DNA of 63,863 bases, filler included, from Octopus bimaculoides (lineage: Eukaryota): the NCBI RefSeq assembly GCF_001194135.2. It is 8 parts of 7 records of this genome, joined end to end, with 100 filler letters (N's around TTAATTAATTAA, not from the genome) between each part and the next. Parts side by side here need not be neighbours in the genome. Positions count along the whole stretch, not along the records: positions 18,397 to 45,867 come from NC_068982.1; positions 45,968 to 49,548 come from NC_068982.1; positions 49,649 to 53,076 come from NC_068987.1; 5 more parts are not named here. The stretch is one strand, 5' to 3'. The translations under genes and the position numbers were made by a program. The stretch's first letter is position 1. Each line of letters begins with the position of its first letter. The notes beneath the pieces were generated by a model. That model had not been told where the DNA came from, did not search any database, and saw only the letters and a program-made list of their open reading frames with translations. Of this stretch, positions 36,367 through 50,566 are shown piece by piece.

Positions 36367-37699
36367 TACACATATCTATATACGCATACATACATACATG
36401 CATACATAAGCATATACATATGTATGCGTGTTGATATATATATATATATATATCTGTATATATTACACACACATGCACACGCGCACACGCAAACGCACAC
36501 ATAAATACATAACGCTTTTAAAGACGTTTTCTTCATATACTAATACGACTCTCCATAGGCATTGTCTAGACATGGTGGAAGCACTGTCTTATAGCCCCTG
36601 TCTCCATTTCATATTGGAAAATTGCAATCTAGAAGCACTATTTCTGCATCGTAATAACGCTACAGGCACAATTGGTCTACAGTAAAATTACTGTTCTATT
36701 TACTACAAAACTATAAACAAGTGACGCGATAAATAACACCAATGTAAACAACAATTAACTGTGGAAACAGCAATTAACATTATAAACAATAATTATTAAT
36801 AAAAAAAAATAACAGTTTACATTATAAACAATAATTACTAATGAAAACAAGTTTACATTATAAAGAATAATCAAGAGTGTTGACGGTATAAGCAAAAATG
36901 AATGCTATAAACATTAATTAACACAAAGCGCGATAAACAGGTAATTGACATAGTCAACAACAATTAATACTATAAATAATAAGCAACAATATAAACAACA
37001 ACGAGCTGTGTAAATAATGAGAACAGAAAGGAGAGTTTTATTTTATAGCTTAGAGGAAATGCCTCCAGGGAGTTGTATGCTAAATTCAATACGGTGGAAT
37101 GTGGCATAAATAAAAGAGTGAATCGGAAAATTTCGATTAACTGAGATTATCTCAGTAATTAGCAAATAAATCGTGTTGTAAAATCAAGTCCCATGAGGGC
37201 TTTTCTGCAGCTTGAGGATTGAACTGGTTGATTTTATAGTGAGTTAAGTTTCTCCTAGGATCTGCTTACCTTTCTTTTCCAGAATTCCAGTGAAGACTAT
37301 TGATTAAACTGTAAACAAATATGTAGTACCGAGGCATATCTGATTTACATAATAATGCTATCTTTATAGTAGGAAGTGTGCATCAATTATTGAAGTTCAA
37401 GCCGCTCTGCTGTTTTCACTGTAGTTCATTATAGTACATATCAGTCACACCACCACTCATATCACCGTCACATTTCTCAAGTAACAATCGGGTTCCTTCT
37501 TTAATAAACATTTAAAATCTTTAATAATCATCCAAAGAAATTGATCCCTAGATCGAATCACTGAATTTTCCCTTTCTGGACCAAATACCAGAAACGGTTA
37601 TTTAAAATTGCATATTAAATATATATATATATATTAGCAGCCCTAATAATCTCAAAAAGATCTGCACCAATTTGCAGCATTAATACTAACAGAATAGCA

Positions 37700-38255
37700 T
37701 CGAAACGTAATAATTTCAAATATCCGGGAGCCATTATTACATCAGATTGGAAAAGCATCAAGAAATTAAGTCAAGGATTAGATAGGCAAGACTGATTTTA
37801 ATGAGATTAAGCATATATTGTGAAATATACGAGTAGCAATAAGAGTAAAGAAAAGAATTTTAGGGGCAAAGATAAAGTCCCGTCTCACATTTAGTTAGTG
37901 ACTTGGCGCATTAGCAAAGAAATACAAATAATTGTCAACGTTGCAGTGAAGTGGCTCTTTAGAAGTATTGTGAAGGTGTCCTATGTAGAGAGTGACGAAC
38001 ATCGAGGTCCTTAGATAATCAAAAACTTACCAGAAAGTTTCTCAACAACGTAAGAAGTTACACTCAGCTTATGAGAAGAAAAAACTTCGAGCACTTGGTG
38101 ATAAAAGGGAAACTGAAAAGAAAGAGAAGATAGGGGAGACTGAGAAGGACAAGATGGCCTTAGCAGCGTAGACGGACCCAGTAATGTGCCAAGTTGTGAG
38201 TGGGACGAGCGCTGGTGGAGGTCCTTGACCGCCGACATCTGTTGGTATGTCACGT
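37700..38255 (+). mobile_element. Decayed RTE-clade LINE 3' end
   Basis: FKYPGAIITSDWKS..., KTDFNEIKHIL...KKRIL, WRISKE and MRRKNFEHLVIKGKLKRKRR*GR fit the RTE RT C-terminus. Multiple stops. Confidence 0.78.
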
Positions 38256-39510
38256 AAAATGTGTAGAACGGACAGTGTATTCGATTAGATTTCTTTTGAA
38301 AATTCTATAATACTGAACATATTGCTGATTATGTAAAATAAACCTATAATTTGAAGAGCAATTGATAAAGCTAGAAACAGGCTATATAAGAAGGCTTACT
38401 GTCGCCCTGAAATACAGAAAAACTTAAATTAATCTAATTGATATTGAATATTGGCAGCACAGTAGTAAAGTTTGTGAAAGCAAATAAACTGAATTTGTTT
38501 TTGTAACAAGATAATAAGCACTACCGCCCGTTCCACAATATAATTGAAGAAACAGGTGAACTAGTGTGGTCTATAAATCAACAACCAACTGAGTATACAG
38601 CACCATTCCAGTGTTAGATGTTTACACAAAGAAAGAATCAATATGTTGTCTGTCATGCAACGGAGCTGAGTCTGAATATTTGCTGCCAAATGTTACAGTT
38701 ATAAACTTTCACCAGAAACTGTTCTTCCGAGTAAACATTTAAATCTGAAATTTGCATTGCAATTGTTGTTCAGGAATATAAACGATGATGTTAGTAGGAA
38801 CCATTTGCATGGTGTCTTGGATGCGAATATATTAGCTGACATCTGAATTTAAAGTCAATCAGTTTTCCAAATAGGTTAGTGACACCTGAACTAATAGACT
38901 ACGTTCTCTTCTGTACAGGTGATTGTCAAAATATGATAGATCGACAATAGCACCACCAGCACCAGCACCAGCNNNNNNNNNNNNNNNNNNNNNNNNNNNN
39001 NNNNNNNNNNNNNNNNNNNNNNNNNNNNNNNNNNNNNNNNNNNNNNNNNNNNNNNNNNNNNNNNNNNNNNNNNNNNNNNNNNNNNNNNNNNNNNNNNNNN
39101 NNNNNNNNNNNNNNNNNNNNNNNNNNNNNNNNNNNNNNNNNNNNNNNNNNNNNNNNNNNNNNNNNNNNNNNNNNNNNNNNNNNNNNNNNNNNNNNNNNNN
39201 NNNNNNNNNNNNNNNNNNNNNNNNNNNNNNNNNNNNNNNNNNNNNNNNNNNNNNNNNNNNNNNNNNNNNNNNNNNNNNNNNNNNNNNNNNNNNNNNNNNN
39301 NNNNNNNNNNNNNNNNNNNNNNNNNNNNNNNNNNNNNNNNNNNNNNNNNNNNNNNNNNNNNNNNNNNNNNNNNNNNNNNNNNNNNNNNNNNNNNNNNNNN
39401 NNNNNNNNNNNNNNNNNNNNNNNNNNNNNNNNNNNNNNNNNNNNNNNNNNNNNNNNNNNNNNNNNNNNNNNNNNNNNNNNNNCACACACATATATATATA
39501 TACATATATA

Positions 39511-39675
39511 CGACGGGCTTCTTTCAGTTTCCGTCTACCAAATCCACTCACAAGGCTTTGGTCAGCCCGAGGCTATAGTAGAAGACACTTGCCCAAGGTG
39601 CCACGCAGTGGAACTGAACCGGTAACCATGTGGTTGGTAAGCAAGCTACTTACCACACAGCCACTCCTACGCCTA
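39511..39675 (-). mobile_element. SINE family C, well-preserved 5' half
   Basis: Minus strand TAGGCGTAGGAGTGGCTGTGTGGTAAG...GGCACCTTGGGCAAGTGTCTT...GAAAGAAGCCCGTCG. Confidence 0.9.
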
Positions 39676-40094
39676 AGGAAATTATTAAAAACTGAAACCC
39701 ATCAGTGACTTTTGGGACACACTGTATAACATAGTGTGAAGTAGACCAAACCTGAAAATAAGACAGGATGGTCATAGCTGGGTTGTGTGTGATTCGTATG
39801 TACTCGTTCAGAGTTTGTATGCTGCGTGGGGGGTAGGTGGCTGCGTGTTTTAATAAACTACAACAACAAGAGCTACACGCATAATTGTTCCTGATATGAA
39901 TATAGGCATAATTAGAAGTTTTCTGTATTAGAGAGTAATGAAGAGTTATGGCATTCATGCCCTTCCAGAAGATGAGAGTGACTTAAGATGAAGGAACTGA
40001 TTTTCACAGCAAACGTTGAGTGGATCGCGATCTCGGTTCTCCAAAACTGAGTCTGTGGCATTCGGCTTTCACTCACTCATAATATTCTCGTTCC

Positions 40095-40125
<31 letters not shown>

Positions 40126-40195
40126 GCACACACTCACAAACACATACACACATGCATACACACACATGCATACACACATCCACTCACTCACACAC

Positions 40196-40255
<60 letters not shown>

Positions 40256-40484
40256 CTGTGTATATGTGTGTACAATTAAAACGCAACTACGCCTTAGTTT
40301 TTTTTTTTTACCGTTTCTTTATTTAGCATTTTTCATGCTTTCTTATTAGTTTTTAAAGTAGATTCCTGGGTTCACACGAACTTAAGCAACCGATTCCATC
40401 ATCATACAAAAATATACAGATACGCCGCGCAGCGGGACACAAGCAAAGGATTTCTCTAAGTGTCACGCGCCTAATCTCACCACT

Positions 40485-40980
40485 TCAGATAATCGCACTA
40501 TCACCACCATTACCACCACCACAATAATCACCACTGGCATCTTCCTCATCATCAACATCATCATCGTCATCATCATCATCATCATCATCATCATCAGCAT
40601 CCTCCTCCACCTCCTCATCATCATCACCATCCTCCTCCACCTCCTCTTCATCATCATCACCATCCTCCTCCTCCTCCTCATCATCAGAATCCTCCTCCTC
40701 CTCATCATCATCCTCATCATCATCATCATCAGCATCTTCCTCCTCNNNNNNNNNNNNNNNNNNNNNNNNNNNNNNNNNNNNNNNNNNNNNCCTCCTCCTC
40801 CTCAGCACCCTCCTCCTCCTCAGCACCCTCCTCCTCCTCAGCACCCTCCTCCTCCTCCTCCTCCTCATCATCATTACCACTATCGTCACCATCTTCACTA
40901 CGACCATCAGTAAAAACCCCACCACCACTACCACAACCTCTACCACAATCCTCTCTGTTACCACTGTCACTACTGTCAGT
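40485..40980. repeat. Degenerate (CAT/CCT/CAC)n low-complexity tract including an 18-bp unit CAGCACCCTCCTCCTCCT x3
   Basis: Seen directly; interrupted by a gap. Confidence 0.8.
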
Positions 40981-42259
40981 GAGAGCTGAGGTTGTGAGCT
41001 AAAGTTCATGAAATTAACAAAATTTTTGTGTATCAGATAATATAACGAGTTCTTCGGACCAGGAACGAAACCCCTAATTTTCGACATTTGGGTAATTGTA
41101 CAACTGAAACATTTATGTCCTCAAAAACAGCAGGCTTAAGCGAAGCGAAACAGTTTCCACCGAGAATCGTAACAATGTTGCAGACTAAACACGCTTGCAT
41201 TGTACCCTCTGCTCTATGGTTCTCATTACAAACTTATCAAACAACTTCAAAAAGTACGTAGCATAATTTATTAACAGTATGTAGTCGCTTAACAGAGCAT
41301 CAAATAAATCACTATTGAAATTATTTCGATGAAATATGAAACAAATAACACCCCACCGCCTACAGCCAATACTATATCATTGAAGAACCGGCTACAATGC
41401 GTATCATTGTCTCTGTCGGGTCATCGTTATTGTCATGCCATTCATTAAACTTGCAATCTATCTGAGATGCGTCTGTTGATAGCATGGAAAAGATATGTAG
41501 ATTGCTGTTACGTTAAGTAACATTGTATATAAATACTAATTGTTGTAGGCTCATGTAAAGAGAAGAATACAATCACCAGTTCCTTAATGTGACTTCCGGT
41601 GCGATGAATAAAGTTCCAATTCAGAGAAGGTTCTGCACATTTGAAAAACGTAACTTTGCATGTCAATGATGCACCAAATATTTGATCTTTCAGTCTCTTG
41701 TTTGACAGAAATTCTTTTAGCTGACAGCGAAAACGGAACTCCTCCCATATCCAGATAAGTTTCCTTAAATAAACTCATTGTTCGAAATTGACAGCAAAAA
41801 CTAATTTTAAGAATAACTTAAGGTTAATCATCATGTGGTATTAAGGCATAGACTTACGCCTCTCCCATCACGTGCGCGCACACACACACACAGAGATATG
41901 CAAATAAACACACACATATATTGCTTTCTGTCTTTTCTTTAAGCCTTTCTATCTTTCCTTTTCATCTTCCTTCAGAACACGCATAAATACACTTTTGCAC
42001 ACACGTACGCACGCTTTACCCCTTCCTACACACACACCTCCCTTGTATAAAACTCCCACCATAAATTAAAGCACCTCATCTTACACAAAAACACACATTT
42101 ATACTCACACGCATGCATAAAACTGCATTTACACACGCACAGTATTTATGCATACATAGACGTAAATCTTGCTGCTCTCATTCGTTCGGACACAAATACA
42201 CATGCGCACATCATTCACTCAATGTACAGACAGATGACATATTCAAAGAAGGACTAAAA

Positions 42260-42313
<54 letters not shown>

Positions 42314-42409
42314 TACACACACATAGACTCACACAAATACAGGTACATACTTCTACATGCATTACACACACATACGCACACACATTCTTTTATTCTTTTA
42401 TTCTTTTAT

Positions 42410-42600
42410 TCTTTTACTTGTTTCAATCGTTTGACTGCGACCATGCTGGGGCGTCGCCTTTAGTTCGAGCTAATGGACCCCAGGACTTATTCTTTGTAAG
42501 CCTAGTACTTATTTTATCAGTCTTCTTTGCCGAACCGCCAAGATACGGAGACGCAAACACACCAGCGTCGGTTGTCAGGCGATGTTGGGGGTGGATAAAT
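42410..42600 (-). mobile_element. SINE family C, 3' half, followed by a long (CA)n/(TA)n array
   Basis: Match to the family C tail. Confidence 0.85.
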
Positions 42601-42604
42601 ACAC

Positions 42605-42733
<129 letters not shown>

Positions 42734-42764
42734 CACACACATATATATATACATATACATACAT

Positions 42765-42795
<31 letters not shown>

Positions 42796-42879
42796 CACAC
42801 ACACATGTATGTATGAGTATATATATGTATGTGTATATATGAATGTGTATATGTATGTATGTATGCATGTATGTATGTA

Positions 42880-42910
<31 letters not shown>

Positions 42911-43561
42911 ATGTATGTATCTATCTATCGATCTATCTATGCACGCATATATATTCATTAATATACGCACAGAGGCTCTCATAAATGTATGTATATAAAT
43001 ATACATACACGTACACATATACGTATATACATACATATACACATAATTCACTTTTACTTACCCACACCCCACACTGTGACACGCTATCCCAAGATGCAGC
43101 ACAATGCAGATATATTAGTCACCTGTGCGCACCTCTGCAATTACACCGTCCCACACAGTTGCACGCTATCCCAGAATGCATCATACTGCAGTTATATTAG
43201 TCACACAAACCAAACTAATTAGAGCACGTATTTTTAAAAAAATTATTGAAAATATATAAATATGACGTTTGGTAGGTGGTGGCGTTGGTGTAGCTGTTTT
43301 CTTGGAGGTGGTGGTGGTTGTGGAGGTGGTGTTGGTGTTAGCAGTGGTAAATGTGGTTTAGGTGGAAGTGGCAATGTGGTTTGTAATGAAAGAGGAACAA
43401 GGTGTTAACCTGATTAATAGCGGTGACAAGTTGTGGTATTTGGTTATGTTTAGCCCCAGGTCTGCTCTCATCCAGCAGACATATGTTCAAAGACATTCCA
43501 GCCATGGCCATGCCTCCTTTTTTCTTTTTTGCAACCATAGAGTGCATTGAATTACATACTG

Positions 43562-43774
43562 GTTTCACATTTTTGCACAAGGCCAGCAAGTTTGGGGAGG
43601 CGGGGAATCGATTACATCGACCCTAGGGTTCAACTGGTACTTATTTTATCGATCCCCGAAAGAATGAAAGGCAAAGTCAACCTCGGCGGAATTTGAACTG
43701 AGGGTGCGAAGACGGACGAAATTCCACTACACACTTTGCCCGGCGTGCTAACGGTTCTGCCGATTCGCCGCCTT
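43562..43774 (-). mobile_element. SINE family B, full length
   Basis: Reverse-complement match to head, core and tail. Confidence 0.88.
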
Positions 43775-43819
43775 ACATTGGTTTACATATTAAGACGACA
43801 ACGCTATCGTTGGGTACAA

Positions 43820-44070
43820 CGGTGTGATACAGCGGTATAGTGGTGAAATGGTATAGTACATAGTATAGCAGTGTAACCGTGTAGTGTAGTGTTGCAGTAA
43901 TGTAGTACCTAGTACAGTGGTGAGTAGTTTTAGGTGTGGTTTTAGTAATGAAGTGTTATACAATGAAAACTGTAGTGTACTGTAGGGGTGTTGTGCGTAT
44001 TACAATGTAGTAGTGGTACTGTGTAATACAGTAATATTGTGGTACTGTATTAGTGCAGTAATGTTAGTTC
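43820..44070. repeat. Degenerate pentamer satellite (GTAGT/GTATA/GTACA-like)
   Basis: 5-nt periodicity visible by eye. Confidence 0.7.
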
Positions 44071-44989
44071 CAGTGTTTCCATATCTTAAGTAATGTACTA
44101 TGAAACCACAGTCTTCTCAGAAATGTTTATATATTACATGAATTGCTATGTTATTTTTATCAAATTCTGACACAAATACAATTGGAGGTTGTGACCTTAA
44201 CAAAATACAATTTCTCTTCTTAATGGTGAAACTGATGTACTTCATTCCATTTGGTTTCAATGCAGTTAACTTTTCTTCATACTTCACCTACATTGCTGTG
44301 TGCAGTAACACTTTTACTATTAATAAAGAATTATGTGTAGAAAAGGAGAGCTACACAATCGCCCACACACAAACCCACACACTTATAGAAAGGCAGACAA
44401 AAAGCAACGAAGCCATTATTAATTCCCAAGAGTCTTAAACTGTTTAAGAGTGCCACATGCAGAGAAGTTCTGCTCACGAAACGTTTTTATACCAGTTTAA
44501 TCGAGAATTCTGCTTCAGTATGATTGTCTATGTTTCTAACTTAACCTTTAAAATATACATTTGGTAAACCTCAACATAAAGATCACAGGTTTCCAAAGAA
44601 ACGTAATTATTGCCCAGTTCATATATAAATCGTTTCTTTCGTCAATTCGTAAGCTTTTCAAAATAAGCAGATTTTTTTTTTCTATTGCTCGTAGATTTGC
44701 ACGAAAAGATGTTTGGACTCTGTATAAAGGGCAATAAAACACCAGTTGCACTGATGTGTATATATGTATATATATATATATNNNNNNNNNNTATGTAAAT
44801 TTCTTACGTAGAATCTATGGTTAGTGTCAGAAGAAGTTCAGCTATGGAGACGATAGCGAAGAAAACAAGGAGTAATCATTAGAATCTATGTATGTTTAAA
44901 GGTCTCGGCTGATGCCGTTATTTCTTTTAACTCCAGATGAAGCACATCATTAAATGTCTTCTATCTAGAACCACAGTATCTTTTATCTT

Positions 44990-45204
44990 TTATTTGTTTC
45001 AGTGACTGCGGCCATGCTGGGGCACCGCCTTGAAGGGTTTTAGTCAAACAAATTGACACCAGGACTTATTGTTTTTTGCACCTTGTCCTTATTCTATCAT
45101 CTCTTTCTTTTGTCGAACAGCTAAGTTACGGGTACTTAAACACACCAGTTGTCAAGCGGTAGTGGGGGACAAACAGAGATACAAAGACACACACACATAG
45201 ATAC

Positions 45205-45254
<50 letters not shown>

Positions 45255-45450
45255 CGGGTTTCTTTCAGCTTCCGTCTGCCATATCCGCTCACAAGGCTTT
45301 GGTCGGCCCGAGGCTATAGTAGAAGACACTAACCGAAGGTGACACGCAGTATGACTGAAACCGGAAACATGTGGTTGGTAAGCGACCACACAGCCACAAC
45401 TGCGCCTATATAGCCACGCCTGCGCCTATATAGCCACGCCTGCGCATAAT
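44990..45450 (-). mobile_element. SINE family C, full length, with internal (CA)n and a triplicated 20-bp 5' end
   Basis: Tail 44990-45185, microsatellite, head to 45410. Units (C/T)AGCCAC(AA/GC)CTGCGC(C/A)TA(T/A)(A/T) at 45391, 45411 and 45431. Confidence 0.88.
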
Positions 45451-46009
45451 GCTGTACATTTCTTTCAAACATATTCTTTTACAACTGTATTATCCAATTT
45501 AGAATATAGGGTGTAAGGTGAAGGGAATTCGGTTGTCATTGCTAACATATTCAGACATTATGTAGAGGCTATTTCTCTCGGTGACTCGTATAGTTTACCA
45601 TAAGCGGAAGTGTTAGCCAAAAGACAGTATAAGTATGGATTAGCGCACATTGCATACATTGTTATATGTTTACCTATTTTACATACATCATACAAGATAA
45701 ATTCCATTTTTTGAAACTATAACCTCTTCGAAAAACGGTAAACAAACCACTTGGTAGAAATTGCGATCGACTCTAAATGAGAAAGGAAGATAATTTCAGG
45801 AAACAGAAATTCTCCAAAATTGTCATCCATTAAGAAACTGATTGTGTTTTTTTTTTTTTTTTTTTTTNNNNNNNNNNNNNNNNNNNNNNNNNNNNNNNNN
45901 NNNNNNNNNNNTTAATTAATTAANNNNNNNNNNNNNNNNNNNNNNNNNNNNNNNNNNNNNNNNNNNNATATATATATATATATACCGCGACTATCTTGGG
46001 GCACCGCCG

Positions 46010-46390
46010 TTAAATTGCTACATTTTCATTAATCCTCCCCTGACATGTGGAATTTGATGAAAAAGTGCAATTAATATTGCTTCCCTCCTCTGAGTTTCCT
46101 GCCGCGAAGTAGGCTCATCCTGGGGGAGGATATTGATGAGCTGTGGGCCCTTGAAACCCAAACTGTATCTGGTCCTGTATCCTGACGGCAATGTTGGGAT
46201 TTTTAGTACTATGCAGTGCCACCCCGTTCTGTTGTTTGTGTAACGTATAATGCCAAAGTGAGGTACAAGTTGTTCTAGGATTTTCCAGATGTATATCACT
46301 GCATACCTTCCCCGCCTTTGTTCTAGAGTGTGAAGACTTCACATATTTTGGATCTCCCAGTAGCTGACATGTCGCATTGAGACGATCTTA
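46010..46390 (-). mobile_element. CR1/L2-group LINE 3' remnant
   Basis: SYWE...LEQRRGRYAVIYIWKILEQLVPHFG...SLGFKGPQLINILP..DEPT is typical of the CR1-like C-terminus. Confidence 0.82.
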
Positions 46391-49327
46391 TTTTTAGAAA
46401 TTTTTACAGCTTCTTCCTTTCTGCATATGGGAGAGTTTATAATTATAGTTGACCGATTTTAATTTTATTTATGAATTCCTCACTATTAGAACTAAAGATC
46501 TTTAGGTAAAAGAGCTCCTTGCCCATACTATGCTTTTGCAAATGCGAATGCCTGTACGTGGTTGTTTGACTTGCTAGAAATGCGAACCAATGCACAACAA
46601 GGTTCTCTCTAAACTACGTTTTAGTAAAAGATGGAAGATTATGTCTTTAATAATAGAGTTTCTCAGAACTGGTTGGGTCTAAACAACAATTTAGTATCGT
46701 TTATGTTCGTGAAAAGACAAACAATACCTTAATATCGAATTTTAAACATCAACAGTTTAAATTGTATATCTATATATCAAAAGGTAGCTTATTTACAAAA
46801 CCTTTACGGTTTATTATCTGAACCAAACGATTCTACATATTAACTTACGGATATCGTTTCTTTGACGTTTAACATATTTGTTTGAAGTTTAAGAATATGT
46901 CTTATCAACCACAACATTTTTTTTCATCTATTTAATAGCTTGTCGAGCATCATGTCGAATGGCCTTAAACGTTTTTATACATCAAAGATAGGTTTAGGTT
47001 TTGTGTTTTTGTGAAGCTTTGTATATATTTTCTGAAAATGATTGCCTGTGTCTATCTATACGTTAATGTATATGTGTGAACATACTTATTTTGCGGTGTT
47101 AGAGTTCAGAGTTTTTTGCAATACAAAATTAACTATATTTTATGTATGACTTTTTTGAAGTGGCAGTATCATTTGCGGGGTTTCAGGAAATACTTTATTA
47201 TTATTTGCTCACATATCCTCAACATTCACATTGAGTAGTTACTTAAACAAGACTATATTTTATATACTTCATTCTAACTACTGAAGTTGCTTATTACTTA
47301 ACCGCAGCTCAACCCTTATTGAGATCATTGATAAAATATTTTGCTATTGTGAGTATTCCATATTAAATGAATAAGTTCTGAGAAGGATATTTAACTGTTA
47401 CTTCTGGTATAACGACATATTATGTTGAAACTAACTCTTGGTTCTATATACATAATTCCCAAATTTATTACTGTACAATAACGACAGTTTATAACTCACC
47501 AACAATTTGTAGGAAGGGCATACTAGCATATTTTCTGCTTGTATTCAGTACGAACATGTTCGTCTTCAGTTGTTCTTTGGATCTCAAGTGTATGAAGATA
47601 TAAGGCCTTATTAAGTACTCGTATAAAACTGAAATTGGACTTGTGGACGATGAACAATGTATATATTTTGTACAACGATAATTAAACCTGCGACTAATTT
47701 ATAGCGAGGACGACTGCAGCATTTTACAGTCACTGACATAACAACATGCAACCGCCGACTTCTCTGTACGATATACGGTGCTCTATCAATTATGTCATTC
47801 CTCATAGCTCTTCTGGCGGACTTTGTAAAAACACCGTCTGTCAAGGTTATAATCGGCGAAGGATATGTTGGAGGACTTCCTTCCAACGTGCTACAGAATG
47901 GAATTGATCATGACACCTCAAGATCGTTAAACATTTAACCTTGAAGCTATGCCTGTGACTATATATAATACAACAGAATTGCGCATTTACTAAATGTACT
48001 TCCTTTTATAAATGATTTTCGCACCTAAACTATAATATTCCCACACAAAAATATATACTGTATCTATTGTTGTATCTAGTGTTGTTGATATTAATTGTTG
48101 TTTGTCACGTCTTCCTTTCTTTTTTGCTGTAGTGCATGTGCAGAGGCGTGTAAAATATATTGTATATTATGTATCGAAACTATTTTCTTATTCATTCATT
48201 TAATATATTGACCATTACTTCTCGTAACTTAGAAAAGTTTTCTTTTAGCTTATCTCTAAATGATCGCTGATTGTAGCGACAGAAATCTCGCTATTGTTGA
48301 TAAATGTCATACGGAAACAGATGAAGTGCTTGTATATCAAATTTAATCGTTATTTCAACTTGTAAAATATATTTTCTGAAGATACTCTTCTGTAATACAG
48401 AGTATTTGTTGATTTTTGCAATTTCCATTGGAGAATGACGTTACTTTCCAAGAATGGTATGTAGCCAAAAATTTGTCGAAAATTGTATATTTACCTTACT
48501 AATACGAGTAAAAGAACGAGACATCTAAGTAGTCGCACAACTGCTAAAACAGCAGCCACATCTCTGTAACATCTCACCTTAACATTAGATAATGTAGTTT
48601 TAATGAATATAAGATTCTGAAAATTATTGCAATACCGTTGATCATAGGTCGTTTCAATCAGCGGTAACTAGGGCCTAAACAACAACCAAAACACCACCTT
48701 CAACGACCATTGGTAAATATGTTAAGGGTGAATGAAGTGTTAAGCAAGCTCCATTGTGAATTTAAAAGGGACGCGTCAAAATATCCCAGGACACGTATTT
48801 CGGCGTTTTTCTCTTCCTGCCTTACTGTATGAATTTAGAAAGTGTAACATGATCTATAGTTAAAAAAACCAGTCAAGTGTTCGTTGAAATAAGATATTAT
48901 TTCGTTGAAATAAGATATAACCAAATAAGATATTATTTAGTTATCTATATATAAACGCTTTAACATGTTAACTATCATATTTAGCGCAGTAATCTGCCAA
49001 AAATATGTAGTCAGTTCTAATTATACCAGCGTAGAAAAGATATCAGTATGGATTAAAAATTAACTCACACGCGCGTACACACTTACACGCACACATATGC
49101 ACTCATATACATCGGTTAGGCTAAGCGACAGAAATTAAAACAACAAATGGAGTCGGGGTGACAGTTAGAGATGCGAAATACCTTTGTACTATTGTAATAC
49201 TACTGTAATAAAAAAATTTTTGAAGTCATCGGTATTTTTATCAACATAAAACTAAATTTTTATCGGAAATTATCGTAAATCTATTTTATGATCTTCGCAC
49301 ACACTCACACACACGCACAAACACACA

Positions 49328-49377
<50 letters not shown>

Positions 49378-49444
49378 GTCAGTTCAAATAAACAAGCAAT
49401 TAAAATACTGAGAAAAAAACGAACGTGAGGAGGTGCATAAGAAA

Positions 49445-49548
49445 TATCAGGTCATCCCATAACTTCTTTCCGATTCTACCTTTTTTAAGACTGAATAAAA
49501 TTTGATATTATTTTAGAGTGTCTAATGGAATTAAAAATTGTTTTTAGG
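49445..49548 (+). mobile_element. Possible mariner-type left end, truncated by a gap
   Basis: TA-TCAGGTCATCCCATAA resembles mariner TIR starts; no partner end is visible. Confidence 0.4.
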
Positions 49549-49800
49549 NNNNNNNNNNNNNNNNNNNNNNNNNNNNNNNNNNNNNNNNNNNNTTAATTAA
49601 TTAANNNNNNNNNNNNNNNNNNNNNNNNNNNNNNNNNNNNNNNNNNNNTATGTGTGTTGTGTATGTGTGTGTGTGTGTGTGTGGTTTTGTGTATGTGAGA
49701 GGTGTGTATGTGTGTGTTTATGTGTGTGCATGCGTATGTGTGTGAGAGCGTAAGGATGTGTGCCTGGTATGTGTGTTATTTTGTGTGTGCACTCCTGTGT

Positions 49801-50332
49801 GTCCCTTTCTTCCAACCTCTTCTTTCACACTCCGTTTTCTAATCAGTCGCCATGCTTGACGGCTAAATCTTTAGTTTTTTTTTTTTTTCATTCTCTCTCT
49901 GTTCATTTTCTCTCATTGTNNNNNNNNNNNNNNNNNNNNNNNNNNNNNNNNNNNNNNNNNNNNNNNNNNNNNNNNNNNNNNNNNNNNNNNNNNNNNNNNN
50001 NNNNNNNNNNNNNNNNNNNNNNNNNNNNNNNNNNNNNNNNNNNNNNNNNNNNNNNNNNNNNNNNNNNNNNNNNNNNNATATATATATATATATATATATA
50101 TATAATTCATAGATGAAATTTATTAAAAAAAACAAAGACGAAGACAGGTGTATTAGACGCTCGGGAAATTGTAAAATGAAAATGTCTTACTTTTTGAGCC
50201 TACGATCTTCAGCAGAAAAGAATGAGAGAAAATGAAAAGAGAGAGAATGAAAAAAAAACTATAGATTTAGCGGTCAAGCATGGCGACTGATTAGAAAACG
50301 GAGTGTGAAAGAAGAGGTTGGAAGAAAGGGAG
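49801..50332. mobile_element. Inverted pair of family F copies around a gap (49801-49919 +; 50110-50332 -)
   Basis: ~115 bp nearly identical in inverted orientation, with a few substitutions. The minus copy carries a degenerate HHR-like motif at 50184-50220. Confidence 0.8.
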
Positions 50333-50515
50333 ATAATAAAGTGACGGTGGTCCCTCCAACTGAATGTGTGCCGGCATGTGTCTGTGTATGTGAGAATTGT
50401 GTGTATGCATGTACATGTGTATATGTGTGTGAATAGTGGCCAATGACTTTATCAAGTCTTTGACAAGTCTGGGTGTGTTCATATGTAAGTGTGCGCTTGT
50501 GTATGTGTGTGCGTA

Positions 50516-50566
<51 letters not shown>

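Noticed and set aside
40485-41087. 200-aa acidic/Arg-rich minus ORF
   Set aside because: Trinucleotide low-complexity sequence spanning a gap.
47611-47886. 91-aa ORF with faint resemblance to a Penelope GIY-YIG region
   Set aside because: The catalytic GIY/YIG motifs are absent; similarity too weak to call.
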